Source: Bugula neritina
Lineage: Eukaryota; Animalia; Bryozoa
NCBI GenBank assembly: GCA_964035545.1
Contig: OZ037770.1
Span: forward strand, 248,001-312,000
Length of the DNA stretch: 64,000 nt
Reading direction: 5' to 3'
Position 1 is the first letter of the stretch, and the number at the start of each line of letters is the position of its first letter. Under the pieces are notes generated by a model. It saw only the letters and a list, made by a program, of their open reading frames with translations. It was not told the origin of the DNA and did not search any database. Below are positions 38,659-50,300 of the stretch, in pieces. Position numbers and translations under genes: made by a program.

Positions 38659-41600
38659 CTATGCAACATTTTCCTTATCGGAGGTGGTGACGTGAGCAAC
38701 TGGAGTTGTCTTTCTCTGAGTGAGCTGGTCAGATATCTTGGAAGTTTGTTTACGTTGAAGAATGGACAGAGGAGAATTAGTGTCCCTCTGACTCAAGCCC
38801 CCGCCCACTCTCCTACCACTTCCTACTCCGCCCACTTTCTTGTCGCCCTCTTCTGTGTATATTTTGAAACTTGCAGATGGGGATGTGTTTGGTGCGAGGC
38901 GGTTAGCTTCTGTCAAGACAACTCTCTTGTTCTTGTTGGGGGTGCTCGCTCGTAGACCCGACATCTCATGGGTAAGTCCTGAAACCGGACTAATTTCTGC
39001 AGGCTTTGAGGGAGACCCTATGGGACTGACGTTCAGTTCTACAACAGTATTGAGTTATACTATGAGTTACAGTATATACTCTATAGTTATACTATGAGTT
39101 ACAGTACACACTCTATAGTTATACTATGAGTTACAGTACATACTCTATAGTTATACTATGAGTTACAGTACACACTATATAGTTATACTATGAGTTACAG
39201 TACACACTCTATAGTTATACTATGAGTTACAGTATATACTCTATAGTTATACTACGAGTTACAGTACACACTCTATAGTTATACTATGAGTTACAGTATA
39301 TACTCTATAGTTATACTACGAGTTACAGTACACACTCTATAGTTATACTATGAGTTACAGTACACACTCTATAGTTATACTATGAGTTACAGTACATACT
39401 CTATAGTTATACTATGAGTTACAGTACACACTCTATAGTTATACTATGAGTTACAGTACATACTATATAGTTATACTATGAGTTACAGTACACACTCTAT
39501 AGTTATACTATGAGTTACAGTACACACTCTATAGTTATACTATGAGTTACAGTACACACTCTATAGTTATACTATGAGTTACAGTACATAGTCTATAGTT
39601 ATACTATGAGTTACAGTACATACTCTATAGTTATACTATGAGTTACAGTACATACTATATAGTTATACTATGAGTTACAGTACACACTCTATAGTTATAC
39701 TATGAGTTACAGTACACACTCTATAGTTATACTATGAGTTACAGTACACACTCTATAGTTATACTATGAGTTACAGTACATACTCTATAGTTATACTATG
39801 AGTTACAGTACACACTATATAGTTATACTATGAGTTACAGTACACACTCTATAGTTATACTATGAGTTACAGTACACACTCTATAGTTATACTATGAGTT
39901 ACAGTACACACTCTATAGTTATACTATGAGTTACAGTACATACTCTATAGTTATACTATGAGTTACAGTACACACTCTATAGTTATACTATGAGTTACAG
40001 TACACACTCTATAGTTATACTATGAGTTACAGTACACACTCTATAGTTATACTATGAGTTACAGTACATACTCTATAGTTATACTATGAGTTACAGTACA
40101 CACTCTATAGTTATACTATGAGTTACAGTACACACTCTATAGTTATACTATGAGTTACAGTACACACTCTATAGTTATACTATGAGTTACAGTACATAGT
40201 CTATAGTTATACTATGAGTTACAGTACATACTCTATAGTTATACTATGAGTTACAGTATATACTCTATAGTTATACTACGAGTTACAGTACACACTCTAT
40301 AGTTATACTATGAGCTACAGTACATACCTCTATCCAGTGTCTCAATGTTATCTTCTATGTCAGAAAGATCCTTATTGGCTGATTCAAAGCTATCTGGCTC
40401 CTGATTGGCCGACTCGCCCTCATCTCTGCTGGAACTATTGAGGAAGTAATTTTCATAAGAGCCGTAGTCGGAGAGGTAGGAGTTGTCCTGCAGTGAGTCC
40501 AGGTGGTAGCGCGGAATACTCGACGGGTTTGGGAAGAGCGAATCTGCTTCGTCTAAACCTGCAGCACAAGACACGGATATATCCTTCTATAGAGTAACTG
40601 TAGAACTATACAGATACATAGTAACTGTAGAACTATACAGATACATAGTAACTGTAGAACTATACAGATATATAGTAACTGTAGAACTATACAGATATAG
40701 TAACTGTAGAACTATACAGATATATAGTAACTGTAGAACTATACAGATATAGTAACTGTAGAACTATACAGATATAGTAACTGTAGAACTATACAGATAT
40801 ATAGTAACTGTAGAACTATACAGATATATAGTAACTGTAGAACTATACAGATATAGTAACTGTAGAACTATACAGATATATAGTAACTGTAGAACTATAC
40901 AGATACATAGTAACTGTAGAACTATACAGATATAGAGTAACTGTAGAACTATACAGATACATAGTAACTGTAGAACTATACAGATATAGAGTAACTGTAG
41001 AACTATACAGATATAGTAACTGTAGAACTATACAGATACATAGTAAGTGTAGAACTATACAGATATAGTAACTGTAGAACTATACAGATACATAGTAAGT
41101 GTAGAACTATACAGATATAGTAACTGTAGAATTATACAGATATATAGTAACTGTAGAACTATACAGATATAGTAACTGTAGAACTATACAGATACATAGT
41201 AACTGTAGAACTATACAGATATAGACTCACCCATATCGGAGTTATCCCACGACCTGTGCACATCACAGCTGGCTATCACGATGGGGGTTCTGTCCACCTC
41301 GCAGTTAGGGGAACGCGGGTCATCAACGTTCAGCAAGTCATCAGCAACTGGCGCAGCACTAGCCAAGTCGCTGACTGGAGAAGCACTAGTGGATATGTCA
41401 GGTGTATCTGGCGGCGTGTCGTACAGATGGGGCTGTATCGGAGTTCTGGCGATACCTGCAAATAGCACAGCTATACGACTATAGAAACCGGGGTAACCAT
41501 AGCGACTGAGGTAACCATAGCGACTGTGATGACCATAGCAACTGACAGTAATGTTATGACCTGCTGAGGGAGATCTGGGATCATTTGTGTCTTGGTTCTC

Positions 41601-42325
41601 GTCAGCTATAGAAAGGGGAAGGGGCGTCCTCTCCACCCCCGCATTTGGAGGCGACCTCGGATCAGAGGTGATTTGTGTGGTCGGTGTACCTGAAATAGGG
41701 AGATAACTCATGTGACAGAGTGAGTAGCCATGTGACACAGTGAGTAGTCATGTGACACAGTGAGTAGTCATGTGACACAGTGAGTAGTCATGTGACACAG
41801 TGAGTAGTCATGTGACACAGTGAGTAGTCATGTGACAGAGTGAGTAGTAATGTGACAGAGTGAGTAGTCATGTGACATAGTGAGTAGCCATGTGACACAG
41901 TGAGTAGTCATGTGAAAGAGTGAGTAGTCATGTGACACAGTGAGTAGTCATGTGACATAGTGAGTAGCCATGTGACACAGTGAGTAGTCATGTGAAAGAG
42001 TGAGTAGTCATGTGACAGAATGAGTAGTCATGTGACACAGAGAGTAGTCATGTGACACAGTGAGTAGTCATGTGACACAGTGAGTAGTCATGTGACAGAG
42101 TGAATAGTCGTGTGACACAGTGAGTAGTCGTGTGACACAGTGAGTAGTCACGTGACAGAGTGAGTAGCCATGTGACAGAGTGAGTAGTCATGTGACAGAG
42201 TGAGTAGTCATGTGACACAGTGAGTAGTCATGTGACTCAGCCATCAGCCACTCACCAGGAACTAAAGTCTCTGGAGAAGTTTTCCTTGTGAGGTCACCGA
42301 CCAGCTTTGATAACGAGTCCCCCAT
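38659..42325 (-). CDS. CDCA3: Cell division cycle-associated protein 3 (CDCA3/Tome-1)-like protein
   Basis: Exons 42325-42256, 41689-41561, 41455-41231, 40558-40328, 39038-38659. The protein starts MGDSLSK, has three DPRSP...RTP modules (DPRSPPNAGVERTP, DPRSPSAGIARTPIQ, DPRSPNCEVDRTP), then SPLSILQ and a terminal DKENVA*. This matches the vertebrate CDCA3 motif order as I recall it (DPRSPSAGILRTPIQ, RSPLTILQ, DKENQ). AATAAA on the minus strand at 38336-38341. Confidence 0.82.
39052..40325. repeat. Intronic minisatellite, 32-bp unit (AGTTATACTATGAGTTACAGTACACACTCTAT), about 40 copies
   Basis: Fills CDCA3 intron 4. Confidence 0.96.
40588..41222. repeat. Intronic minisatellite, 25/27-bp unit (AGTAACTGTAGAACTATACAGATAT)
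   Basis: Tandem copies. Confidence 0.95.
41709..42238. repeat. Intronic minisatellite, 20-bp unit (CATGTGACACAGTGAGTAGT)
   Basis: Tandem copies. Confidence 0.95.
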
Positions 42326-43269
42326 CCCGCGACTCTTCAGTGTCAGCTCTTTATGTCAAAGAGAGGCTCTGCTTATCACTCACTATAACAACCAGTTCTG
42401 TTGTAAATCTAGGCTACAAGATCACCTGCATTCACAAGCTGTGTCTCATCTGACAGTGCAGAACAAGTGTAATAAACCAGTTTCTCTTTTTGTTACTCAC
42501 TCATACTACCTCAAGTCATACTCTCTTTTAAATCACAATAGTTCTAGCTCAGAACATTCATTGTATTGGTATTTATCACAGATATAGCCATTGCTATGAA
42601 TATCACTATTAACAAACAAATGCAATACTTAATCTTATAGTGATGCTTTACTAAGAGTTTGACGTTCATCAGCAACCAGTATAAACTATGAATAAAATTT
42701 AGATTGTAAATTCAAAATCAAACAATTACAATCTACATAACTCAATATTATTTACTAACTACAAAAACCAAACCGAAACTAAAAGTATTATTCAACTTCA
42801 TCATTATTATTATGATAATTACAACCACAAAACTATCAATAATGATAATGCTAATTAGAAAATTATTGATATTGATAATAATCATAATGATAATGCATTA
42901 TCATTATGATTACTTTACTTATGGTTATTGACAACTATACTTATAGTTATACCTATGGCTATAGACTAAGACATAGCATTATATTTTTACATTAATATAT
43001 CCATATTGATATCACTATCATTATCAGTATTACTAATACTATTACGGTTATTATTACACTTACAGTAATACTGTTATGATTTTGCGGGTTTAATGAAATA
43101 GACAAGTAGTCTGCATGCCAATACTTGTAATTGTTGAATAAAAGTCTTTGTAAAATGTTGATTCTAATAGTCTTTATTGATGTATATAGTAGTTTCCTCT
43201 GCGAGCTCCAGTGTTAGACTGATTTGATACAAAAATGCTCGCCCTTATATACTGCCAGAAAAGTGCCTG

Positions 43270-43403
43270 CCACGTGGAGGTCCGAAATCGGCCGAATTCG
43301 GAGTTCCGCCGTCTGAAATCGGAAGAGTTCCGTCCGAAAATCGGACAGACACCATCCGAAATCGTGCCTTGGTTCCGAACTCAGCCGAATTCGGCTCACA
43401 TAC
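43270..43403. mobile_element. GC-rich island of repeated CCGAA/TTCGG motifs; probable transposon terminal fragment
   Basis: Clustered (T)CCGAA(A) and GCCGAATTCGG motifs inside AT-rich sequence. No partner TIR found. Confidence 0.35.
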
Positions 43404-44039
43404 TTATTTATTTAACATACAAAGAAAAAGTGGCGGGGAAACATAACTCCAAAAACTATTACAGTAACTTGAAACCAAACAATAAAAATAGGAAGGCAAT
43501 TCACAATTATTACGCTATTCACTACGCTAAGAGCTTAGCTATAATTACAATATTTGAGGCATTAGAAAGCTACGCAAGGAGCTTAGCTATAATTACCACA
43601 TTTAACAGTATTTACAAAGTTACGCCAAGTCCATTATAATAGTGACGCAACATAATTACTAGAGCGTTAAAATCCATTACAATACTAATACTGATAGTAA
43701 ATCACTAAATGTAATAGTAATACTATTACTTTAAGTATTATTCGAATAATGACAATCAAATTGAAATTAAAATTCAATTTCAGTTTGAAAATCAAATCAA
43801 TAAGAATATCAACAGAATATGAATATCATTATGATTACCAATATGAATATGATCATGATGATGATGATCACTAGAAGTAGAAGTTAACACAAATTACTAA
43901 TTAGTGACTTAGCCTACCTACCTATAAGTGACAAACTCAGCTGCGAAAATAAAAAGTGATTAGGACTAGAAAAATACGTCAAGCTATAGAAATTTAAGTC
44001 AAATTAGCCTTTAAAACATTAAAGTGATTGAAGTCAGTC

Positions 44040-44300
44040 GAATGAATATCATAATGTTTTGAACTTCGCGCAGGTGTAGATTTGAAATATTTTGGACCAA
44101 TCATGCGCCATGACGAATGCAGCAGCTGATTTACGTTAAAGCCTTAGCGCTCAAAGGTTTTGCAATGCTAAGAGACGAATTCTATCCTACAATCAGTATT
44201 ATCTACGACAATCCTCGTTTAAACGCTTAGCTAATAGTGCTAGCGAGCCCATTACAAGCACTTGCTTCTTCCCAATTTCCTAATCTCATCAAAGAAAGGA
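44040..44300. promoter_or_regulatory. Bidirectional CDCA3/USP5 promoter with cell-cycle elements (CHR, E2F, CCAAT)
   Basis: TTTGAA at 44058-44063 and 44081-44086, TTCGCGC at 44065-44071, CCAAT at 44097-44101. A probable non-coding CDCA3 exon 1 ends at 43922 (minus-strand ATAG|GTAGGT). USP5 ATG at 44320. Confidence 0.55.
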
Positions 44301-44319
44301 TTCGACAATTTAGATAGAA

Positions 44320-47300
44320 ATGGACAAAACTTTACATGAAGTGCTAGATTCTGTGAGACCTCCTGACCCACACAAGAAAGTATATAAAGATGAATGCATG
44401 TACTCTTTTGATTCTCCTGTAAGTAATTTAATATATACGCCTTTTAACGAGAGTTCCAAGTCTTCATGTTGATATTATTAAATTTAATTTTAATATTAAG
44501 TTTAACATTCACATTGTCATCATGATAATCAATTATATTTACTTTTACTTTCAGTTTCAGTTTTACTGTTAGTTTTACGTTTACTTTTATTATTTACGAG
44601 AAAGGATTTAGTTAATTATTATAATTTAAAATTTATAATTGGAATTATGTTGAGTTAGAACTTATTTTTATTTGATTCTTGTGTTCAACTTTAAGTTTAT
44701 AATATTGATATTAATAATCTAACTCTAAGGATATAATTTAAATTATAAATATACAGGAATAATAATATAGAAAGCTATACATTTACAATTAATTTTGGTT
44801 TTAGCAGCAATTAAATTTTAAGTTGTATTCGCAGCAAAGTGAAATACCAAATTGAAAAACATCAACATGACATATTCATAGTGAATGTGATAATGATACT
44901 AATAATTGTAATATTTTATTCAAAAGAATTGAATAAAAATATAACAATTATAATGATGTTAAGTCATTAAAATAATTACATTTTACATAGGTGTTTTATT
45001 TGCAATTGGGAATGCAAAGTTAGCAAAACATGTTTTCTTCAAATAATAATACAGAAACAAAATTGTCGCTCACATTGCCCTTGTATAGTTGACGTATTGT
45101 GAATTTAGCAACCACTTGAAATGGTCTCAGACAGCAAGTGTTTTAACTGTACAGTTATTTGTCAACAGGATAGTGAGACAGGGCTTTACATCTGTATGAA
45201 GGAGTGTTATGGCTTTGGGAAGAAGTTTGTGGAAGAATACAGCAGAAAGTCTGGTAATAGAGTGTTCCTCCATCTTCAGCGCAGACACAAGGTAAGATAC
45301 TTCTCAATAGGTTTTATGGATTAGTTTTCTAAGTGCAGTGTTAGTCACAAACTTTCCTAATTTTAGATAGTTGTAAAAAGTGAGGAACCAGTGAAGAAGA
45401 AGCCGACTAAACTGGCCATTGGTGAGTTGAAAGAAATCAACAATTTATACTGTTATAATTACTCTGCATATTTTATATAGACATAGACTGTCAACGTACG
45501 CCAAGACTTCCTAAGTAGTTGTCTTTTCTTTTAGATGTGGAGGGAGGGTTTGATTCGAATGAGACAAAGTATACAGTAGAGGAGCACAAATCAGTAGTTG
45601 TGCTCCCTGAATGGAAGGTACTCGCACTTAGTGATGAGCAGATGCCTCCTTTGGTAAGTCTTGTATCTCACTGCTGCTTCTAGTGCTGCCTGTAGTGCTG
45701 CCTGTAGTGCTGACGGTTAATCACTGGTGGACTCTTACAGGTGGTGGTGGCCGTGGATGACATCTTAGCTCTGGAGTCAGCGACTAAAGGGGCGGAGCTG
45801 GCAGCAATGAGTAACACGTGGGAGGGAGACGTGTTGAAACCGAGCAAGTGAGAGATGTCTCTATACTATATACTATCTACACTATATATACAGTGTATAC
45901 ACTATATACACTGTATACTCTGTCTACAGGTTATGTGGTTATACCTTCTCATGTGTTTGTAGGCATGCTCTCTCCCTCAAGCAATTGGACAATGGTGTGA
46001 AGGTGCCCCCTAGTGGCTGGCAGTGCCGGTACCCTGGCTGTAATCTCACCACTAATCTGTGGCTCAACCTGACTGATGGAGCCATTCTCTGTGGAAGGAG
46101 GTAGTATTATGTTCTCTGTTTGAATATTGAGTGTATATATACATATACTGAGTATATATATACATATACTGAGTATATAAACAGATACTGAGTATATATA
46201 TATACAGATACTGAGTATATATATACAGATACTGAGTATATATATATACAGATACTGAGTATATATATACAGATACTGAGTACATATATACAGATATTGA
46301 GTATATATATACAGATACTGAGTATATATATACAGATACTGAGTATATATATACAGATACTGAGTATATATATATATACAGATACTGAGTATATATATAT
46401 ATATACATATACTGAGTATATATATATATATACAGATACTGAGTATATATATACAGATATCACGATGGCTCAGGGGGAAACAACCATGCTGTAGAGTATT
46501 TCTACGAGACAAAGTACCCTCTAGCTGTTAAACTTGGTACAATCACACCGGAAGGGGCAGGTGAGTGAACCCCCGCTTTACTCCATCTACATATCACAGT
46601 CTATGTCGCTGTCAGTTCTCTCTACACGCATGACCTTCAACTTACTCTGCTCCCACAGATGTGTACAGTTATGACGAGGATGACATGGTGCTTGATCCCT
46701 TACTGTCCCAACATCTGGCGCACTTTGGAATAGACATCATGAGTCTGAAGAAAACAGAGAAGACAATGCTAGAGCTAGAGATTGATGCCAATAGTAAAGT
46801 AAGTACTGTACAGTAAGTACTGTATAGTAAGTACTGTATAGTAAGTACTGTATAGTAAGTACTCTGTAGTAAGTACTGTATAGTAAGTACTGTATAGTAA
46901 GTACTGTATAGTAAGTACTGTATAGTAAGTATAGTATAGTAAGTACTGTATAGTAATAGTACTGTATAGTAAGTACTGTATAGTAAGTACTGTGTAGTAA
47001 TAGTAAGTACTGCATAGTAAGTACTGTATAGTAAGTACTCTGTAGTAAGTACTGTATAGTAAGTACTGTATAGTAAGTACTGCATAGTAATAGTAAGTAC
47101 TGTATAGTAATAGTAAGTACTGTATAGTAATAGTAAGTACTGTATAGTAATAGTAAGCACTGTGTAGTAATAGTAAGTATTGTATAGTAATAGTAAGTAC
47201 TGTATAGTAATAGTACTGTATAGTAATAGTAAGTATTGTATAGTAATAGTAAGTACTGTATAGTAATAGTACTGTATAGTAATAGCAAGTACTGTATAGT

Positions 47301-50300
47301 AATAGTAAGTACTGTATAGTAATAGTAAGCACTGTGTAGTAATAGTAAGTATTGTATAGTAATAGTAAGTACTGTATAGTAATAGTACTGTATAGTAATA
47401 GTAAGTATTGTATAGTAATAGTAAGTACTGTATAGTAATAGTACTGTATAGTAATAGTAAGTATTGTATAGTAATAGTAAGTACTGTATAGTAATAGTAA
47501 GTACTGTATAGTAATAGTAAGTATTGTATAGTAATAGTAAGTACTATATAGTAATAGCAAGTACTGTATAGTAATAGTAAGTATTGTATAGTAATAGTAA
47601 GTACTGTATAGTAAGTACTCTGTAGTAAGTACTGTATAGTAATAGTAAGTACTGCATAGTAATAGTAAGTACTGTATAGTAATAGTAAGCACTGTATAGT
47701 AATAGTAAGTACTGTATAGTAATAGTAAGTACTGTATAGTAATAGTAAGTACTGTATAGTAATAGTAAGTACTGTATAGTAATAGTAAGTACTGTATAGT
47801 AATAGTAAGTACTGTATAGTAATAGTACTGTATAGTAATAGTAAGTATTGTATAGTAATAGTAAGTACTGTATAGTAATAGTAAGTACTGTATAGTAAGT
47901 ACTGTATAGTAATAGTAAGTACTGTGTAGTAATAGTAAGTATTGTATAGTAATAGTAAGTACTGTGTAGTAATAGTAAGTATTGTATAGTAATAGTAAGT
48001 ATTGTATAGTAAGTACTCTGTAGTAAGTACTGTATAGTAATAGTACTGTATAGTAATAGTAAGTACTGTATAGTAATAGTAAGTACTGTATAGTAAGTAC
48101 TGTATAGTAATAGTACTGTATAGTAATAGTACTGTATAGTAATAGCAAGTACTGTATAGTAATAGTAAGTACTGTATAGTAATAGTAAGTACTGTATAGT
48201 AATAGTAAGTACTGTATAGTAATAGTAAGTACTGCATAGTAATAGTAAGTATTGTATAGTAATAGTAAGTACTGTATAGTAATAGTAAGTACTGTATAGT
48301 AATAGTAAGTACTGTATAGTAATAGTAAGTACTGTATAGTTATAGTAAGTACTGTATAGTAATAGTACTGTATATTAATAGTAAGTACTGTATAGTAATA
48401 GTAAGTACTGTATAGTAATAGTACTGTATAGTAATAGTAAGTACTGCATAGTAATAGTAAGTACTGTATAGTAATAGTAAGTGCTGTATAGTAATAGTAA
48501 GTACTGCATAGTAATAGTAAGTACTGTATAGTAATAGTAAGTACTGTATAGTAATAGTAAGCACTGTATAGTAATAGTAAGTACTGTATAGTAATAGTAA
48601 ATACTGTATAGTAATAGTAAGTACTGTATAGTAATAGTAAGTACTGTATAGTAATAGTAAGTACTGTGTAGTAATAGTAAGTACTGTGTAGTAATAGTAA
48701 GTACTGTATAGTAATAGTACTGTATAGTAAGTACTCTGTAGTAAGTACTGTATAGTAATAGTAAGTGCTGTATAGTAATAGTAAGTACTGTATAGTAAGT
48801 ACTGTATAGTAATAGTAAATACTGTATAGTAATAGTAAGTACTGTATAGTAATAGTAAGTACTGTATAGTAATAGTAAGTACTGTATAGTATTAGTAAGT
48901 GCTGTATAGTAATAGTAAGTACTGTATAGTAATAGTAAGTACTGTATAGTATTAGTAAGTGCTGTATAGTAATAGTAAGTACTGTATAGTAATAGTAAGT
49001 ACTGTATAGTAATAGTAAGTATTGTATAATAACAGTAAGTACTGTATAGTAATAGTAAGTGCTGTATAGTAATAGTAAGTACTGTATAGTAATAGTAAGT
49101 ACTGTATAGTAATAGTAAGTACTGTATAGTAATAGCAAGTACTGTATAGTAATAGTAAGTACTGTATAGTAATAGTAAGCACTGTATAGTAATAGTAAGT
49201 ACTGTATAGTAATAGTAAGTACTGTATAGTAATAGTAAGCACTGTATAGTAATAGTACTGTATAGTAATAGTAAGTACTTTATAGTAATAGTAAGTACTG
49301 TATAGTAATAGTAAGTACTGTATAGTAATAGTAAGTACTGTATAGTAATAGTAAGTACTGCATAGTAATAGCAAGTACTGTATAGTAATAGTAAGTACTG
49401 TGTATAGTAAGTACTGTATAGTATAAGTAAGTACTGTATAGTAATAGTAAGTACTGTATAGTAATAGTAAGTACTGCATAGTAATAGTAAGTACTGTATA
49501 GTAATAGTAAATACTGTATAGTAATAGTAAGTACTGTATAGTAATAGTAAGTACTGTATAGTAATAGTAAGTACTGTATAGTAAGTACTGTATAGTAATA
49601 GTACTGTATAGTAATAGTACTGTATAGTAATAGTAAGTACTGTATAGTAATAGTAAGTACTGTATAGTAATAGTAAGTATTGTATAATAACAGTAAGTAC
49701 TGTATAGTAATAGTAAGTGCTGTATAGTAATAGTAAGTACTGTATAGTAATAGTAAGTACTGTATAGTAATAGTAAGTACTGTATAGTAATAGCAAGTAC
49801 TGTATAGTAATAGTAAGTACTGTATAGTAATAGTAAGCACTGTATAGTAATAGTAAGTACTGTATAGTAATAGTAAGTACTGCATAGTAATAGTAAGTAC
49901 TGTGTAGTAATAGTAAGTATTGTATAGTAATAGTAAGTACTGTATAGTAATAGTAAGTACTGTATAGTAATAGTAAGTACTGTATAGTAATAGTAAGTAC
50001 TGTATAGTAATAGTAAGTACTGTATAGTAATAGTACTGTATAGTAAGTACTGTATAGTAATAGTAAGTACTGTATAGTAATAGTACTGTATAGTAAGTAC
50101 TGCATAGTAATAGTAAGTACTGTATAGTAATAGTAAGTACTGTATAGTAATAGTAAGTACTGTATAGTAATAGTAAGTACTGTATAGTAATAGTAAGTAC
50201 TGTGTAGTAATAGTAGGTACTGTATAGTAATAGTAAGTACTGTATAGTAATAGTAAATACTGTATAGTAATAGTAAGTACTGTATAGTAATAGTAAGTAC

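Noticed and set aside
39052-42238. Regular 20-32-bp repeats superficially like CRISPR arrays
   Set aside because: The units are head-to-tail with no unique spacers, there are no cas genes, and the context is eukaryotic introns.
43214-43639. 134-aa ORF over the GC-rich CCGAA island
   Set aside because: It has no recognisable domain and lies in the presumed CDCA3 5'UTR intron; it is better explained as a repeat or transposon remnant.
46669-50105. Very long minus-strand ORFs (up to 787 aa, Y/L/T-rich)
   Set aside because: They are translations of the USP5 intron-8 satellite, antisense to the gene, with no protein-like complexity.
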